From positions 1 to 53,112 of IMG/VR virus record IMGVR_UViG_3300031454_000236: DNA of 53,112 nucleotides; one strand, written 5' to 3'. Below are positions 8,413-17,605 of the stretch, one piece after another. A program made the position numbers and the translations under genes. How positions within the stretch are numbered: position 1 is the stretch's first letter; each line of letters begins with the position of its first letter. Below the pieces are notes generated by a model that had not been told where the DNA came from, searched no databases, and was given only the letters and a program-made list of their open reading frames with translations. This stretch comes from a virus. Lineage: Duplodnaviria; Caudoviricetes.

Positions 8413-8612
8413 TCGAGCAAGCGGCGTTATTGCTCCGTATCAGCGTGGGTGGCGTCCGTCGTTTGATCAGCGACGGTAAACTAGCCGCCGTGACTTTCCC
8501 CGGCACTGCTCGTCCGAAACTGATCACCGAGGCCGAGATTGATCGCCATATTCGAGAACGAAAGCCGCGCGGGCGACCGCGCACGCGGCCCACGGACGGC
8601 ACAGGAGGATGA
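8394..8612 (+). CDS. Excisionase-like / MerR-type HTH protein; start codon split by the mini-IS
   Basis: YYTIEQAALLLRISVGGVRRLISDGKLAA...ITEAEID, with a C-terminal RPRGRPR-like basic motif. Currently begins CTG; the empty site would read ATG. Confidence 0.75.
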   Translation: MIGYYTIEQAALLLRISVGGVRRLISDGKLAAVTFPGTARPKLITEAEIDRHIRERKPRGRPRTRPTDGTGG

Positions 8613-8643
8613 GCCATCGATACCACGAGCAAGGAGAACCTCT

Positions 8644-9000
8644 ATGAACGGCCTGTACGTCTTGCACGATCGCGAGCCGGTCGCCGCACTATCGACCGAA
8701 GCGTGGGGCGCGTGGTTCCGCGATACGGCGTTGCGGCGCGTGGCGCTCACGGAGTGGCGACAAGGGGGGGACTTGACCGCGCAAGTCTCCACGGTTTTTC
8801 TCGGCATCGATCACAGTTTCAGGTCCGATCCACACACACCGATCCTGTTTGAGACGATGATCTTCGCGGTCGCCTTGCCCATGCTCGATGAATACCAGGA
8901 GCGGTATAGCTCGTGGGATGCGGCGCTCGCCGGGCATCAGCGGGCGGTCGCCGAAGTGACGACGCTCCTCGGCCCGCCGATCGACGACGGCGAATCCTGA
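8644..9000 (+). CDS. Conserved hypothetical phage protein
   Basis: VSTVFLGIDHSF...LFETMIF...QERYSSWDAALAGH; SD AAGGAG. Confidence 0.7.
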   Translation: MNGLYVLHDREPVAALSTEAWGAWFRDTALRRVALTEWRQGGDLTAQVSTVFLGIDHSFRSDPHTPILFETMIFAVALPMLDEYQERYSSWDAALAGHQRAVAEVTTLLGPPIDDGES

Positions 9001-9003
9001 TCC

Positions 9004-9240
9004 CTACGCCGCCCTGCGCCCGCCCGCCTGCGCCAGCGCCACCGGCGGCGCATCGTCCGGCAACGCCATGCCGTCCGCGTAGGTGCATGTCCGCTGATAG
9101 CGCTTCCCCCGGCGCGGTGCCAGATGGACCCAGCCCCGCGCGGGTTGGCATCCCGCCATCGCCCGTAGCGCGACCCAGCGATCCACGCCCGGTCGCCACG
9201 TCGCCCCGCAGATCGGGCAGGTCGGCAACGCGTCGCCCAC
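9004..9240 (-). CDS. Small hypothetical Cys-containing protein
   Basis: CPIC motif; follows the tail genes; start codon uncertain. Confidence 0.35.
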   Translation of the reverse strand: MGDALPTCPICGATWRPGVDRWVALRAMAGCQPARGWVHLAPRRGKRYQRTCTYADGMALPDDAPPVALAQAGGRRAA

Positions 9241-9248
9241 GCCGCCCC

Positions 9249-9650
9249 CTAGCCCCGCACCGGACCAGCGGCCCAGCGGTCGAGCGGCGCAACCGTCAGC
9301 GCGGGCGTCAGCGCCCCCGCCCCCCACAGCAGCACCGCGAGCAGCGCGTTCCGTTCCGTCGTGGTCAGCGCGGCCAGCGGCTTCCCGACCGCGCCCTGCG
9401 CCGTGGCGACGATCGCGGCCCGCGTGGTCGCCTGTTGCTGCGCTTGCTGCGCCGTCGCCGCGTCGAGCGCCGCCGGGTTGTGCGCGTCCACCACGGCCTG
9501 CACCGCCGCCACGTCCGCGCCGTCCGGCACGACGATCGTGACACTATCGCCCAGCCCGGTCACGCGCTCCGGCCTGATCCCCGCCGCGATCAATTGGTCC
9601 TGCAAGGCGTCGAGGCGGTTCGGCCTGCTATACGTCAGCGTCTTGCTCAT
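9249..9650 (-). CDS. Small tail-associated protein (fibre chaperone-like)
   Basis: TGATG overlap with the upstream tail gene; SD AAGAAGG. Confidence 0.55.
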   Translation of the reverse strand: MSKTLTYSRPNRLDALQDQLIAAGIRPERVTGLGDSVTIVVPDGADVAAVQAVVDAHNPAALDAATAQQAQQQATTRAAIVATAQGAVGKPLAALTTTERNALLAVLLWGAGALTPALTVAPLDRWAAGPVRG

Positions 9651-10567
9651 CAGACACCTTCTTTGACGAGGTACGCCCAGAGTGCGGGGTGGCCGTTGGT
9701 GATGTCGAGCGAGAGCGCCCCGCCGCTCCCCTGCGAGCAGACGAGCTCCAGCCCGTCGTTCTGGTTGAAGAGCCCGAACCCGGCGATCGCCATCTCGGTC
9801 TTGCTGCCGTCCGCGACCGCCAGGCGGCGATCTTGCAGGATCGCCGCGCCCTGTCGCCGGATCTCCATCTGCCGTTGCCCGGTCGCGTTGGCGACCCACT
9901 GGACCTGCGCGCCGAATGCGTAATATCCGGTCACGGGGATCGCGAGCAGCCCGGGGAACCCGGCGGGGCGGATGAAACGGTCGTTGAAGACGATGGTATC
10001 GAACGTCACCGGGGTCGCCGTACCGTTGGCCGTGCTCAGTGTCGCGCTGTTGGTCAGGCGGGCGCGCGGCGGCACCCACGAGGGCTGGCTGTAGCGGCGT
10101 TCGTCCGTCACCGCGCTCGCGGCGATGTTGGTCACGCCGACGTTGACGCGGACCTGCGCCAGCGCCTCCTCCCAGCGCCCGCCCCGGTTCTGCGTCAGCG
10201 CGGGCACGGCGGGGGTGACCGCCGGCGTCCCCTGCAAAACAACGGGATCAGCGAGCTTGTTCGGCCCGTCCCAGCGCAGCACGACCCGATCGATGCGCGG
10301 GTTCGTCGCGTCGGGCGGGTTGATCACCAGCGTGCGCTGCGGGGTATCGTCGGCGTAGTAGCCACCATCCAGATACGCCTCGCCTGCACCGATTTTGACG
10401 TTGTAGCCCGAGGCGTCGGCGGTGACGATCAGCGCGGGCGCGTAGGCGGCGGTGGAGACGACGGAGGGGTGGATGACCCCGTCGCCGCGCCAGAGCCGCG
10501 CCATGCGCCGCCACTGGATGTCGTCGATGATCGGGCTATCGGCGAACGGGATAGCGAGCTTCGGCAT
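9650..10567 (-). CDS. Tail tip / receptor-binding protein
   Basis: N-terminal NPRIDRVVLR...ALAQVRV...VTDER baseplate-type segment; C-terminal C1q/TNF-like beta head (IPVTGYYAFGAQVQW). Confidence 0.7.
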   Translation of the reverse strand: MPKLAIPFADSPIIDDIQWRRMARLWRGDGVIHPSVVSTAAYAPALIVTADASGYNVKIGAGEAYLDGGYYADDTPQRTLVINPPDATNPRIDRVVLRWDGPNKLADPVVLQGTPAVTPAVPALTQNRGGRWEEALAQVRVNVGVTNIAASAVTDERRYSQPSWVPPRARLTNSATLSTANGTATPVTFDTIVFNDRFIRPAGFPGLLAIPVTGYYAFGAQVQWVANATGQRQMEIRRQGAAILQDRRLAVADGSKTEMAIAGFGLFNQNDGLELVCSQGSGGALSLDITNGHPALWAYLVKEGV

Positions 10568-10568
10568 C

Positions 10569-11726
10569 CTATTTCATCCTTTCCAGACGTCCCAAACGTT
10601 CGCCCAATAGCGCTATCCGGGCGTAGAACGCGTCCACGGTGGGCGCGACCGCGCCCGGCGACAGCACGCTCGGCACGATCGTCTCGCCGCCCTGACTGTC
10701 CAGCGTAATCCGCACCTCGCGCACCACCTCGCGGATCGGCACGCCATCCACCATGACCGTGACGCGATCCCCGAGTCCGTAATCGACGCCGAACGCCAGT
10801 CCCGGCCCGTCGCTCGGCGTGACGCTCAGCCCCACGTCGGCGCGGCGATCCAGCAATTCCTTGCGAAGCTGCGTCGTCAGTTCGCCCACGTCGGTGGTGT
10901 TGCGCGCGTCGACCGCCTGCTCGCGCCTGCGCCAGGCGGCGAGCGCCCCCACGTCCCCGCCCTCGATGACCGCGCGTGCGCTCAGCTCGCCGCCGCCGAG
11001 CAGGTAGACGTAGGTGCCGGGCGGCACGCCCTCGCGGTAGTCGTAGGCGCGGAGGTTGCCGTACTCGGGGCTGAGGACGGCGCTGCTCGTCAGGTCACGC
11101 GTCGGGTAGACCTGGAATTCGCGCGCCGCCGCGTCGGTCGCCTGGACCACGCGGAAGCCGAGGTCGCCGCCCGCGAGCGCCAGATCGCGCAGCAGTTCGT
11201 CGAGCGCGTCGAAGCGCGCCCGCCCCGTGATCGTCCCCCCGCGTCCCAGGTCCGGCGCGAGGCGCAGCCCCGGCACCGCGCGCTCGGGACGCGCGCCCGG
11301 CCCCGCGTTGGCGTCCACGTAGGCGCGCATGACCGTCTCCGCCGCGCCCGTCCGCACGTCGTAGGCGGCGGCGGCGTAGGCCATCCCGGCGGCGTTGGGC
11401 GCGGCACCCGGCACCGTCAACGCCAGACGGTCGGACAGCGCGATCGTGTCATCCGGTCCGGAGAGGATCAGGTGATCGGCGTCCTGCGCCCAGGTGCGGC
11501 GCTTCGCGTCGATCGGCCCGGAGAGGAGTGGCACGCCGTCGCGCTCGATGACGATCCCCGCACCCGGCGTCAGGAGTCCCGCGATCGTGCTCGCGGGCGC
11601 GGTGAAGTCGAAGCCGCCGGGCGCGTTGAATGACAGGAGGAGCGACAATTCCGCGTAATCCTCGATCACGGCCACGCGCCGCAGGCTGCTATCGCGCAGA
11701 TAGATGGTGTACTCGGCCACGGTCAC
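10569..11726 (-). CDS. Siphovirus minor tail (Tal/hub, ReqiPepy6 Gp37-like) protein
   Basis: FNAPGGF, GRARFDAL, GGGELSAR and FGVDYGLGDRVTV; position directly after Dit. Confidence 0.8.
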   Translation of the reverse strand: MTVAEYTIYLRDSSLRRVAVIEDYAELSLLLSFNAPGGFDFTAPASTIAGLLTPGAGIVIERDGVPLLSGPIDAKRRTWAQDADHLILSGPDDTIALSDRLALTVPGAAPNAAGMAYAAAAYDVRTGAAETVMRAYVDANAGPGARPERAVPGLRLAPDLGRGGTITGRARFDALDELLRDLALAGGDLGFRVVQATDAAAREFQVYPTRDLTSSAVLSPEYGNLRAYDYREGVPPGTYVYLLGGGELSARAVIEGGDVGALAAWRRREQAVDARNTTDVGELTTQLRKELLDRRADVGLSVTPSDGPGLAFGVDYGLGDRVTVMVDGVPIREVVREVRITLDSQGGETIVPSVLSPGAVAPTVDAFYARIALLGERLGRLERMK

Positions 11727-11730
11727 GCTC

Positions 11731-12726
11731 CTACACGCTGAGGTATGGCGGGCGCAGGCTGTACGACACCGCGCTCTGTGCGGTCGCCCCGGTCAACTCG
11801 ATCTGCACCGCGTTCGCCCCGCGCGCCAGCGGCCACAGCGCCGAGCCGGGCGCGAGGTTGGGGAGCCAGTTGGCACCGTCTTGCAAGCGCAGCGTCTTGC
11901 CATACGGCGCGCGCTCGGTGCGCGGGCGGGTGTCGATCGTCAGCGTCTGCCCAGCCACGAGCGTCCCGGTCAGCGTCAGCGCCTTGCCCGTGGTCACATT
12001 GCGAATCGTCGGGTTGACGCCCGGCCCCGCGATCGTCCAGACCGGCCACGCCTCCACATCGCCGTCGTTGGCGATCGTCGGTCCGGCGAACACTGTCGAG
12101 GGCGTGAGGCGCAGGGGTGGGAGGGGGAAGAATAACTCTCGCCACTCCCCCAGGCGGTAGTTGCCGATGCGCTCGTTGCGGTCGTACCAGAACGGGTCGT
12201 AGGCGCGCAGCACGAGCGTGGTGCGGCGGTCGGTGCGCCACGCGCCCAAGTCGTCGTTGAAGTCGAGCCCCTTGACGTAGCGCACGGCGATCTCGCGCTG
12301 CGCCCCGTCCGGCGCGGTGAACCGCAGCACGGGCGCGACGGCGCGCGTCGGGTTGAACCAGCCGAGCAACGTCCGCACGGATGCGGCGAGCGCGGCGGGG
12401 GTCGCGGCCAGGAGCCGGAGCGGCACGTCGATCTCGCGCGCCAGGAAACGCACCTCCCTGAGTCGCCCGCCCGGCTGGCGCGGCACGTTCTCGGCGATCA
12501 GGTCCACGGGCGGCATGTGCAGCCCTTCGAGGCCCAGGAGGACGAAGAGCGGATAGCCGTCCATCAGGCTGTGCTCGATGCCATCGGGGTCGAGCACCGA
12601 CAGTCCGCCGAGCGGAGGTGCCGGTGCCGGGGGGGGCGGGGGCAGGGTGCTTCCGTCCACGAGGATCGTGCCATCGCTCGCGGTGAGTTGATTGCCCAGG
12701 TGGTCGGTGAGGATCGTGGCGCTCAT
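11731..12726 (-). CDS. Distal tail protein (Dit)
   Basis: LEGLHMPP, LRAYDPFWY, NDGDVEAWPVWTIAGP and LWPLARGAN. Confidence 0.82.
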   Translation of the reverse strand: MSATILTDHLGNQLTASDGTILVDGSTLPPPPPAPAPPLGGLSVLDPDGIEHSLMDGYPLFVLLGLEGLHMPPVDLIAENVPRQPGGRLREVRFLAREIDVPLRLLAATPAALAASVRTLLGWFNPTRAVAPVLRFTAPDGAQREIAVRYVKGLDFNDDLGAWRTDRRTTLVLRAYDPFWYDRNERIGNYRLGEWRELFFPLPPLRLTPSTVFAGPTIANDGDVEAWPVWTIAGPGVNPTIRNVTTGKALTLTGTLVAGQTLTIDTRPRTERAPYGKTLRLQDGANWLPNLAPGSALWPLARGANAVQIELTGATAQSAVSYSLRPPYLSV

Positions 12727-12730
12727 CGAA

Positions 12731-13994
12731 ATTCTCCGCTGGATACTCCCGGTTTCAACCGGGAGAGGAAAGCGGTGCCGTTGTCAAGCGCCGATACTCG
12801 TAGTAATATATGAACATGGATATGCAGCGTACCGTGCGACTCAGACTCCTTCCCGATGCCGACACCGCCGCGTTATTCGCGGAGACGGTGGCGCTGTATA
12901 CGTCCTCGTTCAACGTCGTTGCGGCGGCGGGGTGGACTGCGGGTATCGCCAATGGCGTGGAGTTGCACAAGGCGACGTACTATCCCGAGCGAGCCAGGAC
13001 AGGACTCCCCGCGCAACTGGTCTGCGCCGCGCGCGTGAAGGCCACCGAGGCATTGAAGTCGGCCAGGGCGCTGACCGTGAAGGAGATGAAGCGCCCCGAG
13101 GACAAGCGCCATCTGCCGTCCCTGCCGCAGTCCGACCATTGCCCGATCCGCTACGACGCCCGCTCCTACCGCGTCAACCTTCCCGCCGGTACGGCCTCGT
13201 TGCTGACCACACAGGGGCGCAAGGTCGTGACGTTCCGCCTCTCCCCCTACCATCGGCGCTACGCCGACTGGCGCACGGCCAGCGCCGACCTGTTCCGCGA
13301 CCATCAGGGCCGTTGGTGGCTGCACGTGGTCGTCACCGCCCCGACGCCTGCCAGCGAACCGACTACCGAGACGGTAGGCGTCGATCTCGGCATCATCCAT
13401 CCCGCCACCGATTCGCGCGGGAACCACTATGGCTCCGAACACTGGCAGGCGGTCGAGGAGCGCACACACAATCTCAGGCGACGATTGCAAGCCAAAGGCA
13501 CCCGCAGCGCCAAGCGACACCTGAAAAGGCTGTCCGGCAAGCAGGGACGGTTTCGGCGCGACTGCGATCACGTCCTGTCCAAGCGTCTCGTCACGAGCGT
13601 CCAACCCGGAGCGACACTCGTCTTCGAGGATTTGACGGATATTCGGGGGCGGGCCAAGGCCCGCAAGCAACAGCGGCGACGGCTGCACTCCTGGTCGTTC
13701 GCGCAATTGCAGGCGTTCGCGGTGTACAAGGCACAGGCGCGCGGCGTGGCAGTCGCCTACGTCGATCCGCGCTACACCAGCCAGAAATGTAGCGCGTGCG
13801 GGCATCGGGAGCGGGCGAATCGCCCGAACCAAGCCGACTTCCGCTGCGTCTCGTGTGGCTTCGTCTGCAACGCCGACCATAACGCCTCACTGAATATCCG
13901 CCAGGACTACCTATCGAGGGCGGCTGTCAGCCCGCCTATTGTCTCGGCACTGTGCCAGGGACAAGCCCCCGGTCTTTAGCCGGGGGTCGTTGAC
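12731..13994 (+). mobile_element. IS200/IS605-family element (tnpB only, IS1341-like)
   Basis: Subterminal hairpins CTCCCGGTT-TC-AACCGGGAG (12746-12765) and CCCCCGG-TCTTTAG-CCGGGGG (13966-13986), ending TTGAC. No tnpA in the window. Confidence 0.85.
12810..13979 (+). CDS. tnpB: RNA-guided endonuclease TnpB
   Basis: RuvC I VGVDLGI, RuvC II VFEDL, zinc ribbon CSAC...CVSC and RuvC III NADHNASLNI; all catalytic residues present. Confidence 0.95.
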   Translation: MNMDMQRTVRLRLLPDADTAALFAETVALYTSSFNVVAAAGWTAGIANGVELHKATYYPERARTGLPAQLVCAARVKATEALKSARALTVKEMKRPEDKRHLPSLPQSDHCPIRYDARSYRVNLPAGTASLLTTQGRKVVTFRLSPYHRRYADWRTASADLFRDHQGRWWLHVVVTAPTPASEPTTETVGVDLGIIHPATDSRGNHYGSEHWQAVEERTHNLRRRLQAKGTRSAKRHLKRLSGKQGRFRRDCDHVLSKRLVTSVQPGATLVFEDLTDIRGRAKARKQQRRRLHSWSFAQLQAFAVYKAQARGVAVAYVDPRYTSQKCSACGHRERANRPNQADFRCVSCGFVCNADHNASLNIRQDYLSRAAVSPPIVSALCQGQAPGL

Positions 13995-14010
13995 CGCGGT
14001 ACCCGCCCCA

Positions 14011-15558
14011 TCACAGCGCCGCCGCCTGGCGTTGCAGCGCCGCCACGAGCGGGTCGCCGCCGTAGATGTTCTGATCGTCGGCCTCGTCGGGGGTCCACGT
14101 CCAGACCAACACCCCCGCCCCGCCCGCGCCGAGGAACGCGGCGATCTTCCGCTCCAGCTTCGTCGCCCGCGAGGCGCGCGTCTCCGTCTCGTGTCCCGTC
14201 GCCGCGAGGATCGTCATCCCCGTCTCCCCGATGTAGGCCGGTTTGGCGAGCGCGCGGCCCAGCCAGAGGGTCGCCGCCACGCTGTCGTCGGACAGCACGG
14301 TCGGCGCGGCGTTGTCGACCCAGAGGCGCGCCGAGATCGCCGCCCCCGCCACGATGGCCGCGTCCGGGCCGGTACGCACGTAGCCATCCGCCGACCCGGC
14401 CCCCTGCGGACCGAGCGTCACGCGGAGGCAACGGTCCCCCTTCGCCCCGACCGGCGACGCCTGCACCGTCGCCGCCGTGACCCGATCCCCGAATTGCAGC
14501 CCGGTCGGCGTGGTGCCGATCGCGACGGCCTCGTAGGTATCCGTGCGCGTGCCGACGCGAAACTCGTCGATGTAGACATCCCCGACGAAGAGATCGGCGG
14601 ACGCCCGCCCGCCGCCGCCGAGGACGATCCCGGACTGCTGGTACGGGGCGGTCCCGGTCGCCACGACCCCGGTGAGCGTCTGCCAGCGCCGCGCCAGCGC
14701 CTGGCCGTAGCCGTAGCCGACGAAGGTGTAGCCGTTGTCCTGCGTGAACAGTTGGAGGTCCAGCGGGGAGACCTCGCGCAGCGGCACCCCCTCCAGGGCG
14801 TTGTTGTTCTCGCCGTTGTTGGTGTCGTAGCGGTGGCTCGTCAGCAGGTCGACGGATGCCAGCGCGTGGATCGCGCGGTAGGTCGCCACGCCCACGCCCG
14901 CATCGCCCAGCCCGGCCACGCCCGGCGCGACCAGATGGTTCGGGTCGAGGGATTTGATGAAGGCGCAGATGTCGGCCATGAAGGGCAGCAGGACCGTCGC
15001 CGACGACGACTGCGGCTCGTTGATACACTCCCAGGCCATGATCCCGGTCCTGCTGGCGTAGCGCCCGACGACGTTGGCGACGTGGGCACGGTAGTTGACC
15101 GGGTAGCCGTCGTCCGGCGTCCCCGCGTAGGTGGTCGCATACCAGGTGGCCGATTTCGCGGTGTCCCCGAAGCAGTGGCCCCAGTGATCTTCCAGGGTGC
15201 AGATCAGCTTCAGGCCGTACTCCTCCGCCGCCGCCACGCAGCGGTCGAGGCCGGTCCAGTCGGCGGTCGCCCCGTTGCCGTAGACGTAGCCCCGGTAGCA
15301 CGAGACGCGGGCCACGGTGGCCCCGGTTTCCGCGAGACGGCGAAACCGCCCGCGCAGGTCGGCGGTGTCCGCGATCGACGGGCCGCACTGGCGCTCGCCA
15401 CCGACCGGGCCGGACCCGGCGGCGTTGGCGATGTTCGCGCCGACGAAGCGGAAGTATTGGCCGTTGCGGGTCAGGCGTGCGCCCTGGCGGCGGACGAACG
15501 GCGAGGCCGGGATGCCGGTGCCGCCCGCGACGTAGCGCCCGCGCGGATTGAGTACCAT
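14011..15558 (-). CDS. GH5-like (beta/alpha)8 glycoside hydrolase with an inserted beta domain
   Basis: FRFVGAN, GLDRCVAAAEEYGLKLI, AWECINEP (acid/base), TSHRY, KPAYIGETG (nucleophile) and GVLVWTW. Confidence 0.85.
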   Translation of the reverse strand: MVLNPRGRYVAGGTGIPASPFVRRQGARLTRNGQYFRFVGANIANAAGSGPVGGERQCGPSIADTADLRGRFRRLAETGATVARVSCYRGYVYGNGATADWTGLDRCVAAAEEYGLKLICTLEDHWGHCFGDTAKSATWYATTYAGTPDDGYPVNYRAHVANVVGRYASRTGIMAWECINEPQSSSATVLLPFMADICAFIKSLDPNHLVAPGVAGLGDAGVGVATYRAIHALASVDLLTSHRYDTNNGENNNALEGVPLREVSPLDLQLFTQDNGYTFVGYGYGQALARRWQTLTGVVATGTAPYQQSGIVLGGGGRASADLFVGDVYIDEFRVGTRTDTYEAVAIGTTPTGLQFGDRVTAATVQASPVGAKGDRCLRVTLGPQGAGSADGYVRTGPDAAIVAGAAISARLWVDNAAPTVLSDDSVAATLWLGRALAKPAYIGETGMTILAATGHETETRASRATKLERKIAAFLGAGGAGVLVWTWTPDEADDQNIYGGDPLVAALQRQAAAL

Positions 15559-15583
15559 GCTCGCCTCCTTATGGGTGGGAATA

Positions 15584-17065
15584 TCAGGGCATCACCGTAC
15601 CATTGACGCGGATATACGAGGTGTCCCGCACGGAGTCGCCGCTGATCGCGGTCACGGTGCCCCAGACGCCCGTGCCCGCCGTCAGGCCGATGTCGTTCGC
15701 CCCGTCGCCGTTGCGGTGGCGGAGCGCGACCGTCTGTGGCTGGTTGTTGGCGCTCGTCGGGCCGCTCGCGTTGTAGCGATTCGAGGCGCTCGCCCCGGCG
15801 ATCGTCACGAAGCCGCAGCCGTAGAGGTCGAAGCCCGGATACGCGCCGGGGCTGTTGCGCGAGTTGCTGTCGGCTTTCAGGCCCGCGCAGGCGAGGTTGT
15901 GCGCGAAATCGAAGAGGAAGCCGCACGCGGTATTGTCCTGCGCCTCGCAGTTGGTCAGCTCCCCCGTGTCGAGCGTGAGGTGGTAGCCGTGGCCGCTGCC
16001 GGCGGTGATCCGGCCCGAGTACCACACCTTGCCGTTGGCGAAGCGGTTGGAGTCGCCGTCTGCCTTGAGCCCTTGCAGGCCGCTGTGCGCGATCGAGAAG
16101 TCCGAGAACCAGGAGTCGTACCCCTCCGCCCACAGCCCGATCCCGTCGCAGGAGCGGATGAAGAAGCCGCGCGCCTGGTTCTCGCCCGAGCCCTGCGTGT
16201 GCAGCCCGCTGCCCTTGCACCGGATGATCTGCACGTTCTGGATGAGGCAATGGATATCCCAGTCCTCGTCGAGCGTGCTGGTGTACGTGAACGTGGTATC
16301 ACCCTGCCAGAGGATGCCGTCGTTGGCCGCCGTCTGGCCGTCCGCGTTGCCGTGGATCGTCAGGTCGCGTACCTGGCAGTAGGCCGCGTGGCCGGTGCTG
16401 TCGCGACGATTCCTGACCACGGGGCCGGTCGAAGCGGACGCCTGGTAGAGGACCGTGCCCCAGCCCTGGCCGACCAGCGCCACGCGGTGCCCCAGGATCA
16501 AGTTCGTGACGGCGATCACGCCGGCCGGGAGCCTGACTTCGCCGCCGCCCGGCGCGGTCGCCCCGGCCAGATAGCCGCCGGTCCCATCCTGGAACTGCAT
16601 GCCGATCATCGTCGTCGCTGCCGCCGCGTCGATCTGCTGCCGGATCGCGGTGGTGTTCGTCGCGATTTGCGCGGCGGTCGCCCCGCTGCCGAGCGTCAGC
16701 GACGACCACCATGCGGGGGTGCTACCTCCCCCGCCCGCGGTCGCCACATCCGCCGCGCCCGTGACCCAGGCGCTGCCGTTCCAGATGAACTCGATGGCGT
16801 CGAGGGCGTTGGCGGCCTGCCCCGGCTGCGGGGCATTGCGATAGAGGCTGCCCCACGTGAGCGCCCGCCCGCCCGTCGCGTCCTGCTGGAAGACCAGCAC
16901 GAGCCGCCCCTGCCCGCTCGCCGGGGTGACGTTGGCGATCGTCGCCGGGCCGGTCAGCGCGCCGACGAGATTGAGTGGGGCGGACAGGTCCGGCGTGATC
17001 GTCGCCGCGTAGGGGACGGCGACGCCCCGGCCCCCGGCGGCGAGTAGGGTCGGCAGATAGGTCAT
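15584..17065 (-). CDS. Right-handed beta-helix tailspike / depolymerase
   Basis: N-terminal LVFQQDATGGRALTWG module, GGEVRLPAG...ALVGQGWGTVL, then Asn/Gly-rich parallel beta-helix repeats; SD CAGGAGG. Confidence 0.8.
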   Translation of the reverse strand: MTYLPTLLAAGGRGVAVPYAATITPDLSAPLNLVGALTGPATIANVTPASGQGRLVLVFQQDATGGRALTWGSLYRNAPQPGQAANALDAIEFIWNGSAWVTGAADVATAGGGGSTPAWWSSLTLGSGATAAQIATNTTAIRQQIDAAAATTMIGMQFQDGTGGYLAGATAPGGGEVRLPAGVIAVTNLILGHRVALVGQGWGTVLYQASASTGPVVRNRRDSTGHAAYCQVRDLTIHGNADGQTAANDGILWQGDTTFTYTSTLDEDWDIHCLIQNVQIIRCKGSGLHTQGSGENQARGFFIRSCDGIGLWAEGYDSWFSDFSIAHSGLQGLKADGDSNRFANGKVWYSGRITAGSGHGYHLTLDTGELTNCEAQDNTACGFLFDFAHNLACAGLKADSNSRNSPGAYPGFDLYGCGFVTIAGASASNRYNASGPTSANNQPQTVALRHRNGDGANDIGLTAGTGVWGTVTAISGDSVRDTSYIRVNGTVMP

Positions 17066-17093
17066 CGCGATCCTCCTGGCGCGCGCGCCGACA

Positions 17094-17582
17094 TTAGACG
17101 ACGAACCATGCCGTCCCGTTGCTCTCGATCGTGTAGCTGTCGTTGATCCCGGTGAGCGCAAGCGTCGCCACGCCGTCGATCGTCTCGCCGCTCGCGGCGG
17201 CGATCGTGACCGCGTTCGCCCCAGCGATCTTCTTCACGCGCACCTCCCGCCCCGCGTTGCCCACGGCGGTGTAGAGGGTGATCGTCCGCGCCGCGCCGGT
17301 CGCATCGACCAGGATGGTCCGCTGCGCGGTCGTCACGGTGGCGCTGGCCGTGACCGTGACCGGCGCGGGCGCGGCACCGGCGCTCCCCGCCGGGCCGGTG
17401 GCACCCGTCGCTCCGGTTGCTCCGGTTGCTCCGGTCGGCCCCGCCGGGCCTTGCGCCGACAATAGGCCCGCGATCGCGGCCATCGTGAAGTTTTTCGTGC
17501 TGCCATCGACGCTGTCGGTGCCGAGCATCTTGTCCGCGTTGACCGGGGTCGCCTTGTTGGGATAGCTGTTGACGAACGTCAT
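17094..17582 (-). CDS. Collagen-like tail fibre protein
   Basis: (GXY)n GPAGPTGATGATGATGATGPAGSAG, and a C-terminal TITL...VKK...ETIDG...SNGTAWFV module. Confidence 0.75.
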   Translation of the reverse strand: MTFVNSYPNKATPVNADKMLGTDSVDGSTKNFTMAAIAGLLSAQGPAGPTGATGATGATGATGPAGSAGAAPAPVTVTASATVTTAQRTILVDATGAARTITLYTAVGNAGREVRVKKIAGANAVTIAAASGETIDGVATLALTGINDSYTIESNGTAWFVV

Positions 17583-17605
17583 CGTGTCCTCCTGTTGGCT
17601 TGCGC

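Noticed and set aside
13939-17047. Long plus-strand ORFs opposite tail genes (also 42310-43803, 48226-49953 and others)
   Set aside because: Shadow ORFs caused by high GC3 on the coding strand; Arg/Pro/Ala-rich with no motifs.
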